Assembly: GCA_018715625.1 (NCBI GenBank)
Contig: DVLG01000055.1
Span: forward strand, 3,694-67,693
Origin: Candidatus Scatovivens faecipullorum
GTDB taxonomy: Bacteria; Bacillota; Clostridia; TANB77; CAG-508
Direction: 5' to 3'
Length of the DNA stretch: 64,000 nt
Below the pieces are notes generated by a model. It did no database searches. It was not told where the DNA came from and saw only the letters and a list, made by a program, of their open reading frames with translations. Shown piece after piece: positions 10,132 to 19,179 of the stretch. How positions within the stretch are numbered: position 1 is the stretch's first letter; each line of letters begins with the position of its first letter. The translations under genes and the position numbers were made by a program.

Positions 10132-10388
10132 ACTAACGGAGCAATCGAAATATCTGTATTTCGATTCCCTATTCTTATTATAATTTAAAATAATGAAAAT
10201 TGCAATATAAAACTGCTAGTAGAATTATATTGCACATAACAATTTAGATTATATTATTAATCGTATATTTCGTGATTTAATACCACTTGGCTATAATTTA
10301 GATGTTAAATGTGTTAATAATTATAAAGATTTTCTTGATGATGATTTTAATGTTAATTATACATTAAAAAAAGGTTGCTTAAAATAAA

Positions 10389-10428
10389 ATAGTCTATTCT
10401 TCAATATTTGAGAAATAGGCTATTTTTG
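10389..10428. terminator. hairpin terminator downstream of the convergent minus-strand gene
   Basis: ATAGTCTATT (10389-10398) / AATAGGCTAT (10414-10423) followed by TTTTTG. Confidence 0.45.
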
Positions 10429-10462
10429 ATTTCTAATAAATATGTATAACGAACTAAAATTT

Positions 10463-10861
10463 CTAATCAATTTGTTTTGTTATCTCTTTTTTTACTAATG
10501 GTAATATTGCAAAATATACTATAATAACAATTATTGCTTCAAGTTTATATGCTATAGCAAACACTATACATTCTATAATAGTGAATATTATTAAGTTTCT
10601 CATTATCGTAGAAATATCTTCTTTAGAAGCAACAGTTTCTTTAGCAAATGATGCAGAAATACTAAATTTCCAAGTAATATAAGCAATTGCAATTTGTAAT
10701 AGAATTAATAATAAAAACTCTAATATTGCTGGTAATGTCATTATTCCTATAATTCCTATTGCTAAACTATGAAGTAGTGCAAATGGAATTTCCCATAATA
10801 TTTTTTGAATAATTAATGATTTTGTTATTTTTGATGTAGATACAATTTCCTTATTCCTCAT
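10463..10861 (-). CDS. small polytopic membrane protein
   Basis: 132 aa with three to four hydrophobic helices, immediately downstream of the 683-aa gene on the same strand. Confidence 0.5.
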   Translation of the reverse strand: MRNKEIVSTSKITKSLIIQKILWEIPFALLHSLAIGIIGIMTLPAILEFLLLILLQIAIAYITWKFSISASFAKETVASKEDISTIMRNLIIFTIIECIVFAIAYKLEAIIVIIVYFAILPLVKKEITKQID

Positions 10862-10917
10862 GTTTTACTCCTTTCACAAAATTAAAAATTTATTATATGT
10901 CTTTATAAGGTTATATT

Positions 10918-12969
10918 CTATTTTTGTTCATAGTCATCATCTCTACTTAATGAATCTTTTTCTTCTTTTATAGTACCTTTTGGAATATTAAGATGATTAA
11001 ACTTATTTTGATCTATACCTTGTCTTAATTGTTCATCAAAAGAAATTGGTTGTTCTGTTTTTGAGCTATTACCATTATTAATTTGTTCTTTTGCTTTGTC
11101 TTGATTTTCAGAGTATTCATCTTTTTTTCCAAATACTGCTTGAATAGATGCACCAAGTCTTGCAAAAAATCCTTTTGAATTATCTTTATTTTTCATATCT
11201 CTCATATTAGCAAAAACACGCTTAATTTTTCCTATGAATGAATTATCTTGTTCTACCATTGCCATATTTTGAGATGTTTCTTCAGAAATTTCGTGTTCAG
11301 GACTTGTAACAGTTTCTTGTGTATGTTCTTCAGGAATAATTTTAGTTTCTTCTACTGGATAAAATTGTTCTGATAATTTAGGCGCTTTTGGTTGTTCTTC
11401 TAGCATACTTTGCTTTGTTTGCTCTGTATTAGCTTGTTCTTTTTGAGCTTCAATAGCAGATACATTCATATCTACTGCATTATCTTGAAAATATTGACTA
11501 ACTATTTCTCCTAATTCGCCATCTAATTGTGCATCTCTTTCTTGAATGTGTTCTTGATTTATGGCTTTATCAAATTGTTCAAAAAATTCTTTTTTTTGTT
11601 CTTCATTACCTAAAATATTAAACAATTGACCATTGAAATTTACTTTTGATAATAATCCAGCTATTGATTGCTCCATACCAAATTTAATTAGTTTTTTATT
11701 AAAAAATTGACATAGTCTATCATTCTTCCATGTTGATAATTCTTTAATTTCATCATCATCTATTCTGCTTAAAAAATTAATGTATGTACTCAAATTCTCT
11801 TTTATTTCTTCTTGTGAAAAATTTGCTTTTGCTAATGCACTAGGAATTTGTTCGATTTCTTGTAAAAGTTTCATATTAAGATTCGTTTTTTGAGAATCTA
11901 ATACATTTGATACATCTGAAAATGCTACTTTTTTAGTTATTCTATTTTTAACACTAGGCAAATCAGATGACAATCTACGTATCTTTGTTTTATCAGGTTT
12001 CTTTTGAGTTTTACTTTCTGATGTTAGTGACTTAGGATTTTTTACTACTTTCATTCCATAACGGCGAACTCTATCTTGACTTTTTTGCATTCTCTCTACT
12101 ACTTGCTCTGTTAATTTTCCCTCTTTCTCCATAGCAGCATGCATTTCATCAGATGCTTGAATGTGCTGTTCGTTAAAGAATTCTATAACCTTATTTGCTA
12201 ATATTTTTTTATCTTTGAAAACATCTTCCAATGTCATTTTTGGGTTTTGCCTAGCCAAAAAGTCTGTAAATCCCATAAAATCTGGACTGTTTTGTATTTC
12301 ATTAATATTGACATCTCCCCAAAAAGTTATAGCATCTTCTTCTGACATTTCTTTACCATCTGCAATCCATTCATAAATTTCTTTATTAGTCTTGCTAGCT
12401 TCTTCTAATGTTGATTGATCTTTTTCATTAGTTGCTTTCAAACTATCTTGATGTAACATATCAGCATAGTCTTTAGCTACTTTTGCTTGTTGAGGTTTAG
12501 ATAAATTACTCCAATTTCTTATTATTATTTTTCTATCTTCATTAGATAAATTTCTAAAATTGTTTACCATTTTATCTACTACAGCTACTGTTAATATATT
12601 TTCTACTATATACCTCTTGTCATTTTTTAATACATAAGGAGCATCTCTTCTTAAATCTATACCCTCGCGCTCTGCTTCCTCGATTTTAGCTTTTACAATT
12701 GTTGCAGTTATTTTTGTTACTCCTAATATGTCTATATTTCCAACGCTATCAATAAACCCTTTAAACTTTTCATCAGGATCTACAGATAATTCTTGAAGCA
12801 CTAATTCTTTCCCCACATCGTTTAGAACTGATATAGCAGAATTAATACTTTGAGCTATAGAATCTTTTTCTTTGTCTTGCTCTACAAGAGATTTTAACTT
12901 AAACGAATTATTATTTTTTACTATCTCATCTACAATAGCATTTACTTTATTAGGATTTCCACCTGCCAT
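10918..12969 (-). CDS. large hydrophilic protein of unknown function
   Basis: 683-aa uninterrupted ORF, E/K/Q/D-rich, predicted helical. No catalytic motif, signal peptide or known domain recognised. Confidence 0.6.
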   Translation of the reverse strand: MAGGNPNKVNAIVDEIVKNNNSFKLKSLVEQDKEKDSIAQSINSAISVLNDVGKELVLQELSVDPDEKFKGFIDSVGNIDILGVTKITATIVKAKIEEAEREGIDLRRDAPYVLKNDKRYIVENILTVAVVDKMVNNFRNLSNEDRKIIIRNWSNLSKPQQAKVAKDYADMLHQDSLKATNEKDQSTLEEASKTNKEIYEWIADGKEMSEEDAITFWGDVNINEIQNSPDFMGFTDFLARQNPKMTLEDVFKDKKILANKVIEFFNEQHIQASDEMHAAMEKEGKLTEQVVERMQKSQDRVRRYGMKVVKNPKSLTSESKTQKKPDKTKIRRLSSDLPSVKNRITKKVAFSDVSNVLDSQKTNLNMKLLQEIEQIPSALAKANFSQEEIKENLSTYINFLSRIDDDEIKELSTWKNDRLCQFFNKKLIKFGMEQSIAGLLSKVNFNGQLFNILGNEEQKKEFFEQFDKAINQEHIQERDAQLDGELGEIVSQYFQDNAVDMNVSAIEAQKEQANTEQTKQSMLEEQPKAPKLSEQFYPVEETKIIPEEHTQETVTSPEHEISEETSQNMAMVEQDNSFIGKIKRVFANMRDMKNKDNSKGFFARLGASIQAVFGKKDEYSENQDKAKEQINNGNSSKTEQPISFDEQLRQGIDQNKFNHLNIPKGTIKEEKDSLSRDDDYEQK

Positions 12970-13139
12970 AATTATTTTCCTTTGTAAACTATAAAAATTT
13001 ATTATATTTCAATAATATTGTATAAATATATAGTTTAATTTACAATTACATTTTATTATCATTTTTGTAACATTTTTCTTGAAAATTGACATAATATGTG
13101 ATAAACTATAATTAATTTTATATAAAGGAGATTTTATTT

Positions 13140-13715
13140 ATGGGAATATTTGATGATGATGATGATGAAATCAGAGCTATTGCAAAAAAAGAAGCAAGTC
13201 AATTTGAGCCTCAAGAACTAAGTGAAAGAAATGTGCAAGCGATATTCAATCGTTGTTTAGACACATCTGAAGATAGACAAACCACATCATTTGCTACATT
13301 ATTTCCTCCTGAATTAGGATATGAGTATGACCCCGATTTACAAATTTGCTTTAATAATGCAGAACTATTGAAAAACAAAAAAAATATAAAATATTTATAT
13401 GGACAGTTAAAAGAAGTACATAGTCAAAAACCAAAGGAAAGAGTTAGTATTAGTGATTATACTTTTGATTATTCTGGGAAACATTGGTCAACCGATAAAG
13501 GAACCATTATGGAACTATTATATTTAGGTGTACATTATAATATTCTTTTAATTGAACCATTTAGAGCTCAAGATGATACATCTAGAATTTTTTTAGAAAA
13601 GCCTATAAAACCTACCCTTTCCCCAAAAGATCCTAATTTTCCAGCTTGGTGGGAAGAACATAAGTCAGAATGGGAAGAACCTAAAAAAGAAGGAAAAGAA
13701 CCTGCAGATGACTAA
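13140..13715 (+). CDS. hypothetical acidic protein
   Basis: 191 aa with AAGGAG upstream. (GAT)5 run encodes D5 at codons 5-9. Divergent from the 683-aa gene. Confidence 0.5.
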   Translation: MGIFDDDDDEIRAIAKKEASQFEPQELSERNVQAIFNRCLDTSEDRQTTSFATLFPPELGYEYDPDLQICFNNAELLKNKKNIKYLYGQLKEVHSQKPKERVSISDYTFDYSGKHWSTDKGTIMELLYLGVHYNILLIEPFRAQDDTSRIFLEKPIKPTLSPKDPNFPAWWEEHKSEWEEPKKEGKEPADD

Positions 13716-13726
13716 TTAAATAAAAA

Positions 13727-13761
13727 AATACTACTAGTACCATAAATACTAGTAGTTTTTA
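13727..13761 (+). terminator. rho-independent terminator
   Basis: ACTACTAGT (13731-13739) / ACTAGTAGT (13748-13756) followed by TTTTT. Confidence 0.6.
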
Positions 13762-14422
13762 TTGAAATTTTTCATATTTTAAATTATAATAAGAATAGGG
13801 AATCGAAATCAAAAGATTTCGATTGCTCCGGAAAAAGAAAAATCTTTCACTAAATCCGCTTGGAATTTCAGATTAGTGGAAGATTTTTATTTTGCATAAG
13901 TATTTAAAACAAAAATATTATAAAACAATTTAAAAAATATATTTTAGTATTAATTCATGCAGTATAATCATTTTCTTATCATATCCATCAATAAATATTA
14001 GATAATGACTAATATCAATTTCTGATAGTTCTAAATATTTTAAAATGTATTCTTTTAAAGTATAATCACTTGTTTTATTATATTTTTCAATTAAAGAACA
14101 AATTGCTTCACCGAATTATGTCATAGCTTAATTCTTTATCTATGGAGTTTTTACTTCCACTTATTATTTCGATCTCCTTTCCAATTACTTCATATATCTT
14201 TTCTATTTTTACAATCTCTTTATTAATTCTTTTCATTAGAAATCCTCCTTTAAATTTAAACTTTTGTTTCTTATTTATTTGAAATATCGTTGTTTTAAAT
14301 TTATCGGAGCAAAATCGAAATCATCTGAAATTCGTTTTTATACCCTATTCAATTTTCAATGTACCATAGTTTATAACTATGATGTACAATTATAGTATAA
14401 CACGATTTACATAATTTTACAA
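13747..14422 (-). repeat. module copy 2 (inverted relative to 9641-10221)
   Basis: Same order of elements on the minus strand: promoter TTGTAA-N17-TATACT (14422-14394), leader hairpin, AGGAGG RBS, frameshifted small ORF, terminator, AATCGAAAT/ATTTCGATT hairpin. Confidence 0.8.
13930..14236 (-). CDS. paralogue of the 9783-10074 small protein, about 101 aa. The frame is interrupted at CGG-TGA (14113-14108) and continues in +1.
   Basis: Segment 1 is MKRINKEIVKIEKIYEVIGKEIEIISGSKNSIDKELSYDIIR, then stop. Segment 2 (+1) is EAICSLIEKYNKTSDYTLKEYILKYLELSEIDISHYLIFIDGYDKKMIILHELILKYIF. Both halves are open and only distantly similar to copy 1. Confidence 0.5.
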
Positions 14423-14688
14423 TTATTCATTTCTTTTCTTCACAAATTAATATATAAAAAATTTAAAAAAATTTTATGCCTTGTAAAGGTTAAATTTTAT
14501 AATAAATTCTGCAAAAATCTAAAGCGGAATTTAATGTTGGAATAATATTATAATAACAGTTCAATAAAATTTTGCAAACACCATAGTTTGCAAAATCGCA
14601 CTTTACATAAAGTTGATTTAATGTCTGAAATATGCTATAATTAAGTATATGGCAATATTGTTTATAAAATGATATGGAGGAATACATT

Positions 14689-15360
14689 ATGATGAAAAAA
14701 GACAAAAATTTCAAGACTGAAGCTGAGAAACGAGTGGATATCATTTTACAGGATGAGGAAATAAAGGAACTTATCCGGGAACTTGTAATCAAAACTGATC
14801 AAAAAGGAGGAAATCAAACTAATTTATTCAATGCAATAAAAAGAGTATGGAATGAGACTATCGAGAAGGAAGATGACTCAGAACCATATTTGCTGACAGA
14901 TGCGGATGAACAGTTTATTCAAAAAATTGATGCTTTTATGGAGAAATATGGTGAAGCATTAATTAAAGAAAAACATAAAGACTGTAATCAATCCCATATG
15001 GAAAGATTTTCAAACCAGTATAGAATAACATTAATTTTGTTATATTTGGTGTTCGAACATGAAGAAAAGGTAACTCAAAAACTTTTGCTGAAGTATGCAA
15101 AAGATTGTTTTGATATAAAACCTACCTACTTTCCTATACAATTATATGTACGTGAGATATCTTACTTCTTTAGTGCGCGTCTACGTTATGTAGAAAATGA
15201 TGGTAAAATAGAGCTAATGTATGATAGTCATAGCTTTTATGGCGAAAGCTTGATATGGCTGGAAGATTTTGAAAAATTCAGATTGCAATATAGATATTCC
15301 AGAAGATCTTGCGCAGAGACCGCCATCTATGTAGTTTGGGTTCTAAATAAGTTCTTTTAA
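14689..15360 (+). CDS. hypothetical protein (compositionally GC-richer than its surroundings)
   Basis: ATG 14689 lies 8 nt after GGAGG (the track ORF starts at 14674). No family recognised. Contains an in-frame CGG codon. A GC-rich terminator follows. Confidence 0.5.
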   Translation: MMKKDKNFKTEAEKRVDIILQDEEIKELIRELVIKTDQKGGNQTNLFNAIKRVWNETIEKEDDSEPYLLTDADEQFIQKIDAFMEKYGEALIKEKHKDCNQSHMERFSNQYRITLILLYLVFEHEEKVTQKLLLKYAKDCFDIKPTYFPIQLYVREISYFFSARLRYVENDGKIELMYDSHSFYGESLIWLEDFEKFRLQYRYSRRSCAETAIYVVWVLNKFF

Positions 15361-15376
15361 ATTTCATATCTCATCA

Positions 15377-15410
15377 GGCTGGTGGATCACACCAGCCGTT
15401 TTCTTTTTAT
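15377..15410 (+). terminator. rho-independent terminator
   Basis: GGCTGGTG (15377-15384) / CACCAGCC (15390-15397) followed by GTTTTCTTTTT. Confidence 0.75.
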
Positions 15411-15620
15411 TTTACTTAAAATATAAACTATTTATACTAAATAATATATGTCTTAAATTAAATAAGAAGCGCATTTTATTTAGTAATACAATACATAAAT
15501 TATTATAAAAATTTGATTTTTTAAAATAAATTCTTGTATATATAAAAAATTAATAATAAAATATATAAAAATAAATTATATTTTAATTTATAAATTTAAT
15601 AAAGTTAGGAGAGTTAGAAA

Positions 15621-18227
15621 ATGCATAATCTAAAAGAAGATGTTGACGTGCAAGAAATGTACGGTAAAGACAGTAAGCTTTTGAAAGACAAGTTTTTAGA
15701 AAAATACAAAGTAAAGGAAACTGGACTTTCAAACAAACAAGCTGAAGAAAATATTCGTAATTTAGGTTTAAATGAAATTAAACAAGCTAAGCCTAAAAAA
15801 TGGTATCATTATTTTCTTGAAAGCTTGCTTACACCATTTAATCTTATTCTTATAGGAATATCTATTATTTTGGTGTATACAGACATATATTTAGCAGAAG
15901 TACCTAGTTATGCTAACATTATTGTAATAGCAATTTTAGTTATAGCAAGTACTCTACTAGACTTTTTTGAATCATATAAATCAAATAAAGCAGCTGAAAA
16001 GTTAAAAGAAATGGTTGCTACCACAGCAGTAGTTATTAGAAATGGTAAAGAAGTTGAAGTACCTGTAAAAAATGTAACTCGTGGAGATATTATTTTATTA
16101 TCAGCAGGAAGTATGATTCCAGCAGATTTGAGAATAATCGAAGCAAAAGATTTATATGTTGGACAATCTTCTTTAACAGGAGAATCAGATAGTGTTAAAA
16201 AGACTGTAGAATTGGAAAATTCTGATGAAGAAGTTGATAGTATTGCAGATTTAAACAATATTTGCTTTATGGGAACAAATGTTATTTCTGGTTCAGCAAA
16301 AGGTGTAGTTATAAAAACTGGAGATTCAACATATTTTGGAAAAATTGCTCATACAATAAGCTCTGGAAAAGAAAAAACAGCTTTCCAAAAAGGAATAGAG
16401 AATATTAGTAAATTATTAATAAGATTTATGCTAATAATGATTCCACTTGTTTTCATAATAAATGTTCAAAAACATGATATTGTTTTAGCATTTACTTTTG
16501 CTGTTGCAATAGCAATATGTATAACACCTTTATTATTACCAGTTATATTATCATCAAGCTTATCTAAAGGTGCTGTTAGAATGTCTAAAAAGAAAACCAT
16601 AGTAAAAAAATTAGATTCTATTCAAAATTTTGGAGCTATGAATATCTTATGTACAGATAAAACAGGAACTTTAACAGAAGACAGAATAGTTCTTGAAAAA
16701 TACCTAGATATAAAAGGTGAGGAAGATACAAGAGTTTTAAAACATGCTTTCTTAAATGCATATTTTCAAACAGGGCTAAAAGGAAGTATAGATGAAGCTG
16801 TTATAAAAAGAGCAGAAGAAAATAATATAAGTGATATATCTAAGAAATATAAAAAAATAGATGAGATACCTTTTGATTTTTCTCGTAGACGTTTATCAGT
16901 AGTTGTATCTGATGGAACAAAAAAACAATTAATCACAAAAGGTGCAGTTGAAGAAATTTTAAATATTTGTACGATGATTGACTATAAAGGTGAAGTAAGT
17001 CCAATTACAAAAGAAATAAAATCAAATATAGAAAAAATTGCAAAAGAATTAAATGAAGAAGGTTTAAGAGTTGTTGCAGTATGCCAAAAAAATGATATAG
17101 AAAATATAAAAAAATTTGATGTGGCAGATGAAAAAAATATGGTTTTAATGGGATTTATAGGATTTTTAGATCCACCAAAAGAAACTGCAAAAGAATCAAT
17201 AGAGAAATTAAACAATGCAGGAATAAGAGTTATAGTACTTACAGGAGATAATGCAGAAGTTACAAGATGTGTATGTAATAAAGTTGGAATAAACTCTAAA
17301 AATATTGTATTAGGAAGCAAAATTGATAAACTTTCAGATATGGCGTTATTAAGACTAACAAAGAAAACAAACATATTTGCAAAACTTTCACCTATACAAA
17401 AAGCAAGAATTGTAAGAATTTTAAAACAAGCTGGAAATATTGTAGGTTATATGGGAGATGGAATTAATGATAGTCCATCACTAACAAATTCTGATGTAGG
17501 GGTATCTGTAGACACAGCAGTAGATATTGCCAAAGAATCAGCAGATATAATTTTACTTGAAAAAGATTTAAATGTATTATTAGATGGTGTAACAGAAGGA
17601 AGACGTACTTTTGTGAATTTGATGAAATATATAAAAATGGCAACAAGTTTCAATTTTGGAGAAGTTGTTTCAGTAATTATAGCAAGTGCATGTTTACCTT
17701 TCCTTCCAGAAACACCAATTCAATTATTAGTTGAAGGATTACTTTATGATTTTGGTCAAATGACAATTCCTTTTGATAATGTTGATAAAGAACTTTTAGA
17801 AAAACCTAAGAAATTGGATATTAAAAGTTTAAAAAGATTTATGCTATTTATGGGACCAGTAAGTTCATTATTTGATTTAGTTGTATTTACTTCATTATGG
17901 TTTGTATTTATGGTAAGAGATGTTACACATTTCCAAACAGTATGGTTTACTTATAGTATAGTTTCAAACTTAATAGGAATGCACATTATAAGAACAGCAA
18001 AATTACCTTTTGTACAAAGTAATGCTCATAAAGCAGTATATATTTCATCAACATTGTTAATTTTAGTAGGTATAGCAGTACCATTTACAGCACTAGGTGC
18101 TGCAATAGGACTAGCTCCACTTGCATTAAGAGATATAGGATTAATATTTGGTGTAACTTTCTTATATTGTATAATTGCAAGCATAGCAAAGAAGATATAT
18201 ATTAAAAAATATAAAGAATGGATATAG
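15621..18227 (+). CDS. mgtA: magnesium-translocating P-type ATPase
   Basis: 868 aa. P-type motifs TGES, ICTDKTGTLTE (phosphorylated Asp), VLTGDN, MGDGINDSPSL. N-terminal LSNKQAEENIRNLGLNEI and overall size fit the MgtA/MgtB subfamily. Confidence 0.88.
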   Translation: MHNLKEDVDVQEMYGKDSKLLKDKFLEKYKVKETGLSNKQAEENIRNLGLNEIKQAKPKKWYHYFLESLLTPFNLILIGISIILVYTDIYLAEVPSYANIIVIAILVIASTLLDFFESYKSNKAAEKLKEMVATTAVVIRNGKEVEVPVKNVTRGDIILLSAGSMIPADLRIIEAKDLYVGQSSLTGESDSVKKTVELENSDEEVDSIADLNNICFMGTNVISGSAKGVVIKTGDSTYFGKIAHTISSGKEKTAFQKGIENISKLLIRFMLIMIPLVFIINVQKHDIVLAFTFAVAIAICITPLLLPVILSSSLSKGAVRMSKKKTIVKKLDSIQNFGAMNILCTDKTGTLTEDRIVLEKYLDIKGEEDTRVLKHAFLNAYFQTGLKGSIDEAVIKRAEENNISDISKKYKKIDEIPFDFSRRRLSVVVSDGTKKQLITKGAVEEILNICTMIDYKGEVSPITKEIKSNIEKIAKELNEEGLRVVAVCQKNDIENIKKFDVADEKNMVLMGFIGFLDPPKETAKESIEKLNNAGIRVIVLTGDNAEVTRCVCNKVGINSKNIVLGSKIDKLSDMALLRLTKKTNIFAKLSPIQKARIVRILKQAGNIVGYMGDGINDSPSLTNSDVGVSVDTAVDIAKESADIILLEKDLNVLLDGVTEGRRTFVNLMKYIKMATSFNFGEVVSVIIASACLPFLPETPIQLLVEGLLYDFGQMTIPFDNVDKELLEKPKKLDIKSLKRFMLFMGPVSSLFDLVVFTSLWFVFMVRDVTHFQTVWFTYSIVSNLIGMHIIRTAKLPFVQSNAHKAVYISSTLLILVGIAVPFTALGAAIGLAPLALRDIGLIFGVTFLYCIIASIAKKIYIKKYKEWI

Positions 18228-18239
18228 AAAGTGAGTGGT

Positions 18240-18278
18240 AAAACGAAAGTAGGCTCAAAAAAGTTTACTTTCGTTTTC
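18240..18278 (+). terminator. rho-independent terminator
   Basis: AAACGAAAGTA (18241-18251) / TACTTTCGTTT (18266-18276) followed by T. Confidence 0.7.
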
Positions 18279-18326
18279 AACATATATTTATATTCTTCAT
18301 ATTATGCAGTATAGGAGGAATGTAAA

Positions 18327-18866
18327 ATGTATTGTTGTCATAATAATTATAAAAATATAAAAATATTTTGCATAATAAATTTTATAATTTTAATTAGCAT
18401 TATTATATTTTTAATTATTACTTTTTTAAATAATAGTGAGAATAATAAAAGTATATTAGTAGCCATAGCAAAATCTGAAGATAACACACAAATAGGAAAT
18501 GCTATTATAAATTTTAGTGAAAATCAAATTATAGAAGGAAACGCTTTAAGTCATGAGGAAGGTCAAAGTCAAATAAATATAAATAAGGATGGAATTTATC
18601 AAATATCATATCAATTAGAAGGAGTTGATAATGGAACATCAACAAATTTTAATTTTAATTCTATCTTAATAGTTAATAATAATCCATTAAATGATACATT
18701 AAATGAAGGCGCTGTACTTAATGAAGAGATTGTAAATAATAGATATACTTTAACAAGTACAGTAATATTAAAACTAAATGAAGGAGATATACTGCAGTTG
18801 GGAGCATTGTCTTTAGAAAACATAACATATCCGAGTGCACGTATAGATATAGAAAAAATAAATTAG
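18327..18866 (+). CDS. membrane-anchored protein with a possible C1q/BclA-like beta-sandwich C-terminal domain
   Basis: 179 aa with an N-terminal hydrophobic anchor. C-terminal patterns DGIYQISYQL and LNEGDILQLG resemble C1q/TNF-like jelly-roll domains. Tentative. Confidence 0.35.
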   Translation: MYCCHNNYKNIKIFCIINFIILISIIIFLIITFLNNSENNKSILVAIAKSEDNTQIGNAIINFSENQIIEGNALSHEEGQSQININKDGIYQISYQLEGVDNGTSTNFNFNSILIVNNNPLNDTLNEGAVLNEEIVNNRYTLTSTVILKLNEGDILQLGALSLENITYPSARIDIEKIN

Positions 18867-18883
18867 AAAACTAAAAAAATAAA

Positions 18884-18919
18884 AAATGTAAACACGAATA
18901 TTTGTGTTTACATTTTTTA
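18884..18919 (+). terminator. rho-independent terminator
   Basis: ATGTAAACAC (18886-18895) / GTGTTTACAT (18904-18913) followed by TTTTTT. Confidence 0.7.
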
Positions 18920-18923
18920 TTAA

Positions 18924-19043
18924 TTAATCAATATTAAATTCATTTGAGAATATATCAATATATCCATTATCATAAACAGATTTTACAATTCTATAAGTTC
19001 CAGAATCTAATGTTTTAAAATCTTTTCCATAATTTACTTTCAA
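18924..19043 (-). pseudogene. 39-codon C-terminal fragment paralogous to the end of the 20241-21701 protein
   Basis: Minus-strand translation is LKVNYGKDFKTLDSGTYRIVKSVYDNGYIDIFSNEFNID-stop. Compare ...LYGELEKGEYRLVKEIYNNGRTYLTVEFTIE-stop of the 489-aa protein. Confidence 0.45.
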
Positions 19044-19179
19044 TAAAAAATTTATAAATTCTTATTGAATTTATAGTATAAAGCTTATTTATATCAAATT
19101 TTCACAAAATTAATTTATACATAATTTTTATATTATAAATATATTTTGTTAAATTTTAGATGCTTTTAAATTCTATTTA

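Larger units (their letters stand above)
9641..10221 (+). repeat. module copy 1: promoter - structured leader - small frameshifted ORF - terminator - hairpin tail. It is an inverted, diverged duplicate of 13747-14422.
   Basis: Hand alignment to the reverse complement of 13747-14422. The flanks are near-identical (e.g. GTACATTGAAAATTGAATAGGGTA, AAAATCTTCCACTAATCT...TTTAGTGAAAGATTTT, GGAGCAATCGAAAT...ATTTCGATTCCCTATTCTTATTATAATTTAAAAT). The ORF between them is strongly diverged. Confidence 0.8.

Noticed and set aside
15420-15620. Possible M-box (Mg2+) riboswitch upstream of mgtA.
   Set aside because: The 200-nt leader is almost pure A/T. It has none of the conserved G/C-rich M-box helices that I would expect to recognise.
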